A model generated the notes under the pieces. That model saw only the letters and a program-made list of their open reading frames with translations. It did not search any database and had not been told where the DNA came from. Shown piece after piece: positions 10,908 through 20,305 of a DNA stretch of 64,000 nt. The stretch lies in assembly GCA_963674745.2 (NCBI GenBank), contig CAXXDV010000001.1, forward strand, positions 1,280,001-1,344,000, read 5' to 3'. Numbering within the stretch: position 1 is the first letter of the stretch; every line of letters begins with the position of its first letter. The DNA comes from Desulfosudaceae bacterium (GTDB lineage Bacteria; Desulfobacterota; Desulfobacteria; Desulfobacterales; Desulfosudaceae). Position numbers and translations under genes: made by a program.

Positions 10908-12046
10908 TATATTTTCATCGGCATAATGATATTTAAATTAGTTTCTGTTTCCTGTCCGCATATAATACAGGGTGTTTGCTCATCCTTTATTTTTAACAAT
11001 ACTTTTGCCTCATCAATAATATTTAAGGCGTCAATAAAGTAATGCGGGTTAAACATGGTCTCTATCGTGTTTTTATCATATTTTATATTTATATATTCCG
11101 ACGATTCACCCCTTTCCGGGTTAGCTGCGTTAATTGTTAATTTATCTTTTTCAAACTTGAAAATAACCCCCTTGTAATCTTCTGAGGTTAAAATAGACAT
11201 TCTTTCCAGCATGTTTTTAAACTCTTTTTTTTCTACTTCAATTAACGTTCTGTCTTCATCTTCAAAAAGCCCTTTTAAATCCGGAAAATTACCGCTGAAA
11301 AGATTTATATATATAATTTCATTATCTTTTTTCACTATAAAATAGTTTTCTTTAACACCGATACCAACTTTTCCTTTATCATGTAAAAATTTTTGAACTT
11401 CATTCAGCGCTTTTTTGGGGATAATAATTTGCTGACCCGATTCGATTCCCTCTAAATTTTTTTCTTTTAACACGGACTCGGTTTTGGTCAATCTTTTACC
11501 GTCTGTAGAAATCATTATAATTTTTACATTATTATCTTCTGTTTCAATACATTCGAAATCAACACCGAGAATATGAACCCTTTTTTCATCCCCGCTATAC
11601 ATGACCTGAACCGCCCAGGTGATCATTTTTTTAAACGTTCCGGCTTCGATTTCAAAATAGGATATATCTTTTATTTTGGGGAGTTCTGGAAATTCCTGAC
11701 TGTTTGCACCGACAATATTATATTTAAGGCTGCTACCATCTTTTAAATCCGTTATTTCGATCCATTGTTTTTTCTTTTCATTAATGAAAAGATTTTCTTT
11801 GTCTGATTTTTTTACGATATCATAAAAATCACGGGCGTTTATGGTTATTTCACCCTGTTTTTCAATCGTGGCCGGATAAATTCCCTCAAATCCGGTTTCG
11901 ATATCAGTCGCGCAAATGGAAATACCTTTTTCATTTGTTTTAATTAAAATGTTTTCGGTAATTGCCAGAGAAGATTTTTTACCGGTAATACCTTGAATGT
12001 TGGCCAGCGTATTAATAATATCTGATTTTTTAATTGAACATTTCAT
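10907..12046 (-). CDS. dnaN: DNA polymerase III beta sliding clamp
   Basis: ATDIE, STDGKRL, IIPKKAL, C-terminal IIMPM. TAATG overlap with gyrB. Confidence 0.95.
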   Translation of the reverse strand: MKCSIKKSDIINTLANIQGITGKKSSLAITENILIKTNEKGISICATDIETGFEGIYPATIEKQGEITINARDFYDIVKKSDKENLFINEKKKQWIEITDLKDGSSLKYNIVGANSQEFPELPKIKDISYFEIEAGTFKKMITWAVQVMYSGDEKRVHILGVDFECIETEDNNVKIIMISTDGKRLTKTESVLKEKNLEGIESGQQIIIPKKALNEVQKFLHDKGKVGIGVKENYFIVKKDNEIIYINLFSGNFPDLKGLFEDEDRTLIEVEKKEFKNMLERMSILTSEDYKGVIFKFEKDKLTINAANPERGESSEYINIKYDKNTIETMFNPHYFIDALNIIDEAKVLLKIKDEQTPCIICGQETETNLNIIMPMKI

Positions 12047-12099
12047 AATAATGTCCTTTTGAATTTGTTATAAATTCGTGTCAGAAAGAGGTTAATCTT

Positions 12100-12565
12100 C
12101 TTTAATGAAAATATCAATAAATTATTAGGGAAGAACAAAAATTATAATATAAGTATATTAATTAAATATATAATATAAACTAATTAAGGGGTGTTCATAA
12201 CCGGCATAACTTTTTAAGGGTTTAATTTTTTTGTATAATTAATCCAGTATGCAAATGTTTATAAAATATCGGCAATACGGCTGAAAAGAACAGTTAATGA
12301 AAAGATGTTTATAACTTTTATGATATGAACAATTATTTAACCGGTTATTTAACGCGGTCATTAAGACGGGACGATATGCGGATAATAAAGAGTTGAACCG
12401 ATATTTATAAGATAAAAAGAGAAAAGGAAAAAGGATGTAACATAATCTAAGGAAGACCGGATGTTGTTAGGTTTAAAAAAAAGGTATAATAAAAAAATAA
12501 TTAAAAAATTTGCCAACGTTTTGTTTTAGTGTTATATTCATAAGCTGGTAAATGTTGATAAAAGT
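12100..12565. other. Candidate chromosomal replication origin (oriC)
   Basis: Very AT-rich intergenic region upstream of dnaN. TGTTNATAA (=TTATNAACA) at 12192, 12256, 12306, 12553; TGCGGATAA at 12377; TTTGTATAA at 12230. AT-only tract at about 12140-12187 abuts CCCC plus a box. Genes diverge from this point. Confidence 0.65.
12510..12538 (+). promoter_or_regulatory. Putative sigma70 promoter with extended -10 for the cNMP-domain gene
   Basis: TTGCCA-17 bp-TATATT preceded by TG. Confidence 0.5.
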
Positions 12566-12612
12566 TGAAAGATTCTTTTTTTTATGGCAAACCAGATAAA
12601 GGATTTTCACTC

Positions 12613-13131
12613 ATGCTTGAATCAAAATACCTGAAAGATAACATCCAGAATATTCAGCGCCTCATGGCGATTCCCGCTTTAAAGTCATTTGAAACAAGAA
12701 GCCTGTCTAAAATTTTGAGGCTCAGTAAAATAAGGGAATATGAGGACGGTGAAATCATTATTAAAGAAGGGGATATTGATCCCTGGCTTTATTTTCTTCT
12801 TTCAGGACAGGTGCGGATTCAGAAAGGCGGAGAGGAAATAACCTGTATTTCCACAACAGGGGAAATTTTCGGGGAGATGAGGATTGTTGACGATAAAGCC
12901 AGATCCGCTTCAGTTGTTGCTGATGGAAAAACGATTTGTCTGGCAGTCAACACCACTGCGCAGCAGAGACTGATGGCCCACGGTAAGGGAGAAAAAGAAG
13001 ATGCGGTGGAATTTGTTCTGTTGCTTTACAAAATTTTTTCCGAATATATGAGCGCCCGTTTAAGATTGACAAACGATGAACTGATTAAAGAAAAAAAGAA
13101 AGTAAGGGCGCTTAAAAAGAAAGTAAAGTAA
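12613..13131 (+). CDS. Cyclic-nucleotide-binding (CRP-like cNMP) domain protein with no obvious HTH
   Basis: YEDGEIIIKEGD..LYFLLSGQVRI..GEIFGEM..RSASVVA. Likely ATG 12613. Confidence 0.85.
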   Translation: MLESKYLKDNIQNIQRLMAIPALKSFETRSLSKILRLSKIREYEDGEIIIKEGDIDPWLYFLLSGQVRIQKGGEEITCISTTGEIFGEMRIVDDKARSASVVADGKTICLAVNTTAQQRLMAHGKGEKEDAVEFVLLLYKIFSEYMSARLRLTNDELIKEKKKVRALKKKVK

Positions 13132-13138
13132 CAGGGGT

Positions 13139-14161
13139 ATGACCAGTCGAACGGTTTCCTTTTCACGGAACGCGATAAATGTTTTTTTTCATATTCTGAC
13201 ACGCTGTAACCTCAACTGTTCCCATTGTTATATCAACCCCCGGCAACATGGTGATCAGACATTACCCTTAGAAACCATCCGTATATGGCTGGATGCGTTT
13301 GCCGATAAATCGAAAAAAGCCAATGTTATTTTTTTAGGCGGCGAACCGACCCTTCATCCTGATCTTTCACAGGCGGTTAAATATGCCCGGCAAATCGGCT
13401 ATCAATCTATTACTATAGACACCAATGGTTATCTTTTTAATAATATTCTGTCCAGGATAACACCTGCCGATGTTGACTATCTCAGTTTCAGTCTGGACGG
13501 TGCCACCGGCCCGGTTAATGATGCCATCCGGGGCAAAGGATGTTATGATCAATGCCTGTCCGGAATCCGGTGCTCGGTTGCCGGGGGGTTCAAAACCAGC
13601 CTGATCTATACCGTCAGCGCGGTTAATCTCCATGAACTGCCGGAAATGGTTCCGCTTGTAGACCAACTTCAAATTGACCGGTTTTTTATTCAGGTTATCG
13701 GTATTCGGGGTAAATCCGCGAAAAAAAGAAATGCCGATAGCCGATCGAATCAAGTATCCCGCGATCAGTGGCAGGAAGTGGTGCCGGCCGTGGCTGAAGC
13801 CATAGCACAAAAGGGGATTACCGTAACCTACCCAAAAGTTTTCCTGTCAACGAACGAGACCTTTGAATGCGCAGGCCTGGTGGCGGACAACTATTTTATT
13901 TTTCCCAATGGCCGGGTTTATCGTTGCCCCCTTTGCGAAGACTTTCCGTTCCATAGCCTGGTTTTTGAAAATAACCGGCTGACCGAAAGACCGCCTTTGA
14001 ATGAAAAAGATTTTTTCGGTTTGTCTATATCTGAAGGATGTGTCATGAATAAACTCATTCAGCCGGACAATCTGTCTTATGACAAAGAAGGTCGACCGGA
14101 ACATAAAATTGCCTGCTGCATGTTGAAAGAAGAATTCTCCGGAAAAAGCAGCAGAAAATAA
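13139..14161 (+). CDS. Radical SAM protein with Cys-rich (twitch/SPASM-like) C-terminus
   Basis: CNLNCSHC, GGEPTL, TNG, SLDG; C-terminal C..IFPNGRVYRCPLC..GC..CC. Confidence 0.88.
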   Translation: MTSRTVSFSRNAINVFFHILTRCNLNCSHCYINPRQHGDQTLPLETIRIWLDAFADKSKKANVIFLGGEPTLHPDLSQAVKYARQIGYQSITIDTNGYLFNNILSRITPADVDYLSFSLDGATGPVNDAIRGKGCYDQCLSGIRCSVAGGFKTSLIYTVSAVNLHELPEMVPLVDQLQIDRFFIQVIGIRGKSAKKRNADSRSNQVSRDQWQEVVPAVAEAIAQKGITVTYPKVFLSTNETFECAGLVADNYFIFPNGRVYRCPLCEDFPFHSLVFENNRLTERPPLNEKDFFGLSISEGCVMNKLIQPDNLSYDKEGRPEHKIACCMLKEEFSGKSSRK

Positions 14162-14259
14162 CGCCTTCCGGGCTCTTTATTCCTCCAAAAAACAGCCTGA
14201 CTTACAAAAGTATAAAAAAAGCAAAGAATCAGAAAAAAGCAGAACGGTTAAAAAAGATC

Positions 14260-16692
14260 ATGTCCGATAATAGCGCCGACCACGGAAAAAGGAATCTTTT
14301 AAAAAGCTGGTTTGCCGTAACCGGCGGCTGGATTTATCAACACCGGTGGCTGGTTTTAATGATATGTCTTGTCTTGCTGGGCCTGGCCGGTTCTCTGGGT
14401 TGGAGCGTTCGTTTTGATAACAGTTTTACAGCCTATTTTGACGAAGATGATCCCACCTATACGGCCTTTCTTGATTTCAGGGACGAATTTGGTTCGGATG
14501 AAACCTCATATATTCTCTACAGGGCGCCGGAGGCGGAGCATGGCGTCTGGAATATAGAGATAATGAAAAAAATTTACGGGCTGACCCAACAGCTGGAAGA
14601 AGAGGTTCCGTTTGTTAAAGATGTTGTTTCCCTGGCCAATGCCGAATTTATCGAGGGTGTTGAAGGAGAGCTGCTGGTCCATGATATTCTTGAAAATTTC
14701 CCGGAAAACCAGAAAGCGCTGCTGGATTTAAAAGCGCGGATAATGAACAAACCGATTTATATAAACGGGCTGGTCAGTAAAGACGGAAAGTATGGCGCGA
14801 TTATTATCGAGATGGAAAAAGCCAGTATTGATCCTATCGATGAAATTCGTTTTGATCCGGAAAAGGGAGATCAGATGGATAATCTGTATCCGCAGATTAC
14901 CCATGATCGGATTGAGGCGATTCTGACCATGCCGGAATATACCGGAATTGATTTTTATCATACCGGAGATGTTTCTTTAAATGCTTCCTACAACCGGATT
15001 TCTCAGTCGGAAAGTGTGCGGCTGGGGATTATCGCATTTGTCGTTATCGGCCTGATGCTGTTGTTCTTTTTTCGAAATGTCATGGGGATTGCCGGACCGT
15101 TGCTGATTATTTCAGGGTCGGTTGCTGCTGTTTACGGTTTTATGGGTTTAATGTCATGGACGCTTGATTTGATGTTTATTATGCTGCCGGCCCTGCTGGT
15201 GGCCGTGGGTGTCGCCGACGCGGTTCATCTTTTGTCCGAGTACAATCATTATTTTGATCAAGAATATGAGCGGAAAAAAGCCATCCAGCAGACCCTTTTT
15301 CTGATGGGCGTACCCTGTCTTTTTACGTCGTTAACGACCATGGCCGGTTTTGCCTCGATGAGTGTTTCACCCATAAAGGCCATCAAGCATTTTGCCATCT
15401 ACAGCTCGGTCGGCGTGGGCGCGGCTTTCGTGCTGACCGTGACCCTGCTGGTGGCCCTGGTTTCCTTCGGGCGAAAAATGCGTAAAAGAAAAACGGTTGA
15501 AAAAGAAGCCGGTGACCTGGAAGCCTCTTTTTTGGGAAGGGTGTTGATCCGGATAAGCGCTATTAATTTTAAAAACAAAGGCCTTATTCTCTTTGTTTTT
15601 ACGGGTTTGATTCTGTTCACCGGTGCGGGATTGTTTCGGCTAGAGGTGGACTCAAATTTTTTATCTGAATTTTCCACCCGGGCGGAAATCAGGCGCGTCA
15701 CCGAGTTTGTTGACCGGATTATGGGCGGATCAACCAGCTTCAGTTACGTGTTTGATTCCGGCCAGACGGACGGTGTAACCGATCCGGACTTTTTACGACA
15801 GATTGAAGCCATGCAGGTAGAGGCGGAAAAGAAAGATGTTATTATGAAGGCCTATTCCATTGTCGATTTACTCAAGGATATTAACCGGGAATTTCACAAT
15901 GGAGATACGGACTATTATCGAATACCGGAAACCCGGGAAATGGCAGCGCAACTGCTTCTGGTGTATGAAATGTCGGGCGGCGATGATCTTACGGACTACC
16001 TGTCCGGAGATTTTCGTAAAGCCCGGCTGGAGCTGCGATGTCAGGCCGTGGCCAGCAGCAGGTATAAAAAAACAGTGGAAGAACTGGATGTCTATCTGAA
16101 ATCGAGGGCCAAAGCAGACCTGTATCCTGCGCCGATTTTGTCCGGCATGGGAACGTTATGGTTGAAGCTGCTGGATTATATCACCAGCAGCCAGATCCTG
16201 GGGTTTTCTATCGCTTTTTGCGTTATCGCCGCCATGATGTGCCTTGTCCTTGGTTCCTGGCGCGTGGGCATGCTGTCCATGATTCCCAACCTGTCACCGA
16301 TTATCATCACCCTCGGCCTGATGGGTTGGTTGGGTATTGAGCTGGATTACGTTAAACTGTTGATCGGCTGTGTTGCCATCGGGTTGGCGGTGGATGATAC
16401 GGTGCACATGATCGTTCGTTATCAGCACGAATTCAGCGTTAGAAAAAATTACCGGGAGGCCCTGACCGCGTCTTTTCTGGGCGTGGGTCGGGCGCTGTTT
16501 ATTACCTCGATCGTCCTGGTGGCCGGATTCCTGGTGTATGTGTTTTCAATCATGCAGACACTGGTGGATTTCGGCCTTCTGGTGGCCTTTACAATCGTGA
16601 TGGCGCTTCTGGCGGACTTCTTTCTGTTGCCGGCGCTGGTGCTTTTCTTGAAGCCGTTTGGTCCGGAATATCCGACGCCGGCGGAAGGGTGA
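14260..16692 (+). CDS. MMPL/RND-family transporter
   Basis: Two repeats of one TM + large loop + five TMs; GVGVADAVH and GLAVDDTVH motifs. Confidence 0.9.
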   Translation: MSDNSADHGKRNLLKSWFAVTGGWIYQHRWLVLMICLVLLGLAGSLGWSVRFDNSFTAYFDEDDPTYTAFLDFRDEFGSDETSYILYRAPEAEHGVWNIEIMKKIYGLTQQLEEEVPFVKDVVSLANAEFIEGVEGELLVHDILENFPENQKALLDLKARIMNKPIYINGLVSKDGKYGAIIIEMEKASIDPIDEIRFDPEKGDQMDNLYPQITHDRIEAILTMPEYTGIDFYHTGDVSLNASYNRISQSESVRLGIIAFVVIGLMLLFFFRNVMGIAGPLLIISGSVAAVYGFMGLMSWTLDLMFIMLPALLVAVGVADAVHLLSEYNHYFDQEYERKKAIQQTLFLMGVPCLFTSLTTMAGFASMSVSPIKAIKHFAIYSSVGVGAAFVLTVTLLVALVSFGRKMRKRKTVEKEAGDLEASFLGRVLIRISAINFKNKGLILFVFTGLILFTGAGLFRLEVDSNFLSEFSTRAEIRRVTEFVDRIMGGSTSFSYVFDSGQTDGVTDPDFLRQIEAMQVEAEKKDVIMKAYSIVDLLKDINREFHNGDTDYYRIPETREMAAQLLLVYEMSGGDDLTDYLSGDFRKARLELRCQAVASSRYKKTVEELDVYLKSRAKADLYPAPILSGMGTLWLKLLDYITSSQILGFSIAFCVIAAMMCLVLGSWRVGMLSMIPNLSPIIITLGLMGWLGIELDYVKLLIGCVAIGLAVDDTVHMIVRYQHEFSVRKNYREALTASFLGVGRALFITSIVLVAGFLVYVFSIMQTLVDFGLLVAFTIVMALLADFFLLPALVLFLKPFGPEYPTPAEG

Positions 16693-16718
16693 TTTTTAGA
16701 GAAACCCTTAAGTTTACA

Positions 16719-16772
16719 AAAAGAAAAAGACCGTGTGTCCCTGTTTTCATAAACACACGGTCTTTTTCTTTT
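16719..16772. terminator. Bidirectional rho-independent terminator between convergent MMPL genes
   Basis: Perfect 20-bp inverted repeat AAAAGAAAAAGACCGTGTGT...ACACACGGTCTTTTTCTTTT. Confidence 0.85.
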
Positions 16773-16792
16773 CGGACCAGGTCAAAAAACGG

Positions 16793-19144
16793 TTATTCTA
16801 CTTTTTTCGGTTTTACCAGAAAACAGGCCAGCGCCGGGAGAAGCAGCAGGGCGCCGAGCATGTTCACAAAAAACATGAAGGTCAGCAGGATGCCCATGTC
16901 GGCCTGAAATTTGAGCGGTGAAAAGATCCAGGTGACCACGCCGATGGCCAGGGTTATACCGGTAAAAAGCACGCCGATACCGGTCACGCCCAGCGTGTTT
17001 TCATATGCTTCTTGCAGCGAGACCCCTTCCTCTAAAAAGGTCCGGATGCGGCTGAAAATATAAATACCATAATCAACACCAACACCGACACCCAGAGCCA
17101 CCACGGGCAGGGTCGAAACCTTGAGACCGATTTCCAGCAGACTCATTAAAGCATAAGCCAGAATTGAAACCAGGCCCAGGGGCAAAACAACGCACAACAT
17201 GCCGCGGAAAGACCGGAAGGTAATCAGGCACAGAAAGATGATAGCTGAAAACACATAAAAAAGTATCGGAAACTGGGAAGCCGCCACTTCTTCATTGGTC
17301 GCCGCCATGACCCCGACGCTGCCTGTAGCCAGCCGGAACTTGATTTTGTCTGTTCCGTATTTTTCCCGGAACTTTTTAACTTCCGCGACAATTCTTTCGA
17401 TGGTTTCAGCCTTGTGGTCTTTGGTAAAAATCATGACCGGCATCACATCGCCACAAGAATTGTAAAGACCGCTGCCGGTAGGGATGTAGGCGACCGACTG
17501 GATCAAAACACTCTGATTTCTGGATAGCACCCGCCACTTGGGGCTGCCCTCGTTCCAGCCGGAATTGATAATTTTGGCGATATCCGGCAGGCTGATGACT
17601 GACTGGACACCCGGCACATTACGCATATGCCACCCGAACCGGTCAATCAGTTCCATGGTATCATAATCAATACAACCTTCTTTTGTTGTTTCCACAATGA
17701 CTGAAATAATATCCACCCCGATGGAAAAACGGTTGCTGACAATCTCCGAATCAATGTTATACCGGGAATTGGGTCGTAACTCGGGCACACCCCGGTGAAG
17801 GTCGCCGATTTTTACATCCATGGCTTTCCAGCTGCCCAGCACAAGGAGTACGAGGGCAACCAAAAGGGTAATGCCAGCGGGCTTGGGCGTCGTTATTCTG
17901 GCCAGTTTATGCCAGATGGGTCTTAGAGAACGGCGTTGACGGTCAATACGCTGTTTATATTTTTCATTATAGCTCAGATAAGACATGAGCACCGGAATCA
18001 GGATCAGGTTGGTTAAAATGATGATGGCCACACCGATACTGGCCGTAATGGCCAGTTCCTGAATGATACGGATTTTAATAAACAGAATCGTGACAAACCC
18101 GATGGTATCACTTATCAGGGCAACGCTCCCCGGAACAAGCAGCCGCCGGAAGCTTTCCCTGGCGGCCTCCATGCCGTTGTGGCCGGACAGAACCATTGTT
18201 TTGACAACGCTGACCATTTGAACACCATGGCTGACGCCGATGGCAAAAATAAGGAACGGTACCAGGATGCCCATGGGGTCAATACCGTAACCCATGGCCG
18301 TCAGGATACCCAGTTGCCAGATCACGGCCATCAGGGAGGCGGTCAGGGGGATAATCGTCAGTTTGAGAGAAAGGGTATAAAAATAGATTAACAGGGCGGT
18401 GATCAGAAACGTAAAACCAAAAAAAAGAATCACCCGCGCCACACCATCGGCGATATCACCGATTACTTTGGCAAAGCCGATGATATGGATGCTAAAACGG
18501 TTGCCGGCATCCTGGTTTTCATATTTTTCCCGGATCTCTTTTTCAAGCTTGTGCGCTAAGTCAACAGGGTCCAACCGCTTTCCTGTGTCAGGGTTGATTT
18601 CCATCAGTTGAGCGCTGACAATGGCACCGGAAAAATCATTGGCAATCAATCGTCCGACGATGCCGGCTTTGAGGATATTGCTTCTGACGCGGGCAAGGCC
18701 TTCTTTTGTGGGCTTAAAATCGTTCGGTATGACATTGCCGCCGGCAATACCGTCTTCGACCACCTCCGTGTAACGGACATTGGGCGTAAAAATAGACTTT
18801 ACCTGGGCGCGATCCACGCCGGGCAGAAAAAACACATCGTCGGTGACGTTTTTTAACAGCTCGAAAAACTCCGGCGTAAAAATATCACCCTCTTTAGTCA
18901 TCACAGCAATGAGAATACGGTTGGCCCCGCCGAAATCCTTCCGGTGTTCAACATAGGTTTTCATGTATTCGTGTTCAAGCGGTAGCAGTTTTTCAAAACC
19001 GGCATCTATTCTCAAGTGGGTGACGGAAAAGAGCATGTAAACCGTGATCAGAACAAAAAAACAGATGACCAGTAAACGGTTTTTAAAAATAAGATCTTCA
19101 AACCGGGACTTAATGGAAGCGTTTTTCATAATCATAGGATCCAT
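16793..19144 (-). CDS. MMPL/RND-family transporter of the DUF1302/DUF1329 cluster
   Basis: DAGFEKLLP..H.Y, FGGANRI, AIGVSHGVQ, GVGVDYGIY; 12-TM RND layout. Confidence 0.9.
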   Translation of the reverse strand: MDPMIMKNASIKSRFEDLIFKNRLLVICFFVLITVYMLFSVTHLRIDAGFEKLLPLEHEYMKTYVEHRKDFGGANRILIAVMTKEGDIFTPEFFELLKNVTDDVFFLPGVDRAQVKSIFTPNVRYTEVVEDGIAGGNVIPNDFKPTKEGLARVRSNILKAGIVGRLIANDFSGAIVSAQLMEINPDTGKRLDPVDLAHKLEKEIREKYENQDAGNRFSIHIIGFAKVIGDIADGVARVILFFGFTFLITALLIYFYTLSLKLTIIPLTASLMAVIWQLGILTAMGYGIDPMGILVPFLIFAIGVSHGVQMVSVVKTMVLSGHNGMEAARESFRRLLVPGSVALISDTIGFVTILFIKIRIIQELAITASIGVAIIILTNLILIPVLMSYLSYNEKYKQRIDRQRRSLRPIWHKLARITTPKPAGITLLVALVLLVLGSWKAMDVKIGDLHRGVPELRPNSRYNIDSEIVSNRFSIGVDIISVIVETTKEGCIDYDTMELIDRFGWHMRNVPGVQSVISLPDIAKIINSGWNEGSPKWRVLSRNQSVLIQSVAYIPTGSGLYNSCGDVMPVMIFTKDHKAETIERIVAEVKKFREKYGTDKIKFRLATGSVGVMAATNEEVAASQFPILFYVFSAIIFLCLITFRSFRGMLCVVLPLGLVSILAYALMSLLEIGLKVSTLPVVALGVGVGVDYGIYIFSRIRTFLEEGVSLQEAYENTLGVTGIGVLFTGITLAIGVVTWIFSPLKFQADMGILLTFMFFVNMLGALLLLPALACFLVKPKKVE

Positions 19145-19204
19145 TCGGGCTTGAGTTAATAAACAAGAAAAGTCAAAAAACTCGTTTGGTTAAAGTGGTA
19201 AAAA

Positions 19205-20206
19205 TCATTTTGTTTCGGACAGAAAAAACCGTTTTACGCCTTGATCGCCGACAAGAAGGACGGTATTGTTGTCAACCGGCAAAATCGAGACAATGCTCAT
19301 CCGGTCCGACTGCTGGCGTATTTTAAACGATTTTCCACCATCCTCGCTGATGAGAAGAATACCGCCCATGCCTCCGATGACAATACGTCCGTCATCTAAA
19401 CGGGTTCCCCCGTTAAACAGGACTTTGACGGGGATATTGATTTGCTCCCAGTTCGCGCCGGCATCTTCGGATCGGTACACATGACCCTGGAGGCCGAAAA
19501 TAAGCACGGTATCACCGTCCAGTGGAAGCGTCCCGAAAAAAGAGCCGCCATAGGGTGACGGCAATGAAACCCAGGTTTGCCCCAGGTCATCCGAGCGGTA
19601 TATCGTTCCCGCCTCACCGGCAATATAAAGCTTGCCGTTATCGGACATCCGGACCTGATTTAAGTGCCAGTCATCCTCGCTGACCATTTTATCGGTCCAG
19701 TTCAGGCCACCGTCTTTTGTCGTCAGAAAATAACCGTAGGCCCCGATGGCAAAGCCTTTCTCGGGGTTCTGAAACCAGACATCCAGCAGCGGCCGCTCTT
19801 CTTCAGGGGCGGAATATACCAGGGACCAGTTTTTCCCACCATCGGTGGTTCGAAGAATTACGGCGTCGTGACCGACCGCCCAGCCCAGTTTTTTGTCATG
19901 GAAATAAACACCGGTCAGGGTGGCAAGGGTCTGGACTTTGGCCTGCGTCCACGTATTTCCCCCATCATCCGAATAAAGAATATGCCCCCTCTCTCCGACA
20001 ACGACCATCCGGTCTCCCGCAAAACAACCGGCCAGTAAAAGTGTTTTAGCGGCCAGCGGGGCGATAACGGAATATTCAGGCGGTGGTTCGGCGGCAGGCA
20101 GCGCAACGGAAAACAGGGCAGACGAAACAAAACAGACAAACAAAATCACAGCGGGGTTCTTTTTTAAAAACAGCGCTGGAAAAAAAAATTTTTTTAACCG
20201 GTTCAT
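19205..20206 (-). CDS. YCF48-like/BNR-repeat beta-propeller exported protein
   Basis: Repeated Asp-box S/T-x-D-G-G-x-T/N-W motifs (SDDGGNTW, TTDGGKNW, TKDGGLNW, SDDLGQTW, SEDAGANW); signal peptide. Confidence 0.88.
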   Translation of the reverse strand: MNRLKKFFFPALFLKKNPAVILFVCFVSSALFSVALPAAEPPPEYSVIAPLAAKTLLLAGCFAGDRMVVVGERGHILYSDDGGNTWTQAKVQTLATLTGVYFHDKKLGWAVGHDAVILRTTDGGKNWSLVYSAPEEERPLLDVWFQNPEKGFAIGAYGYFLTTKDGGLNWTDKMVSEDDWHLNQVRMSDNGKLYIAGEAGTIYRSDDLGQTWVSLPSPYGGSFFGTLPLDGDTVLIFGLQGHVYRSEDAGANWEQINIPVKVLFNGGTRLDDGRIVIGGMGGILLISEDGGKSFKIRQQSDRMSIVSILPVDNNTVLLVGDQGVKRFFLSETK

Positions 20207-20242
20207 AAAAAGTAAATCCCTGTTGCCAGATTAAAAGATAAA

Positions 20243-20268
20243 GCCGGGAGGGCGGCCACCCTCCCGGC
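20243..20268 (-). terminator. Intra-operon GC-rich hairpin after DUF1329 (partial terminator or mRNA stabiliser)
   Basis: GCCGGGAGGG-cggcca-CCCTCCCGGC followed by TTTATCTTT on the minus strand. Confidence 0.6.
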
Positions 20269-20305
20269 CAACCACATGTTTTTTTAATCGCTTTTCGAGG
20301 CGAAA

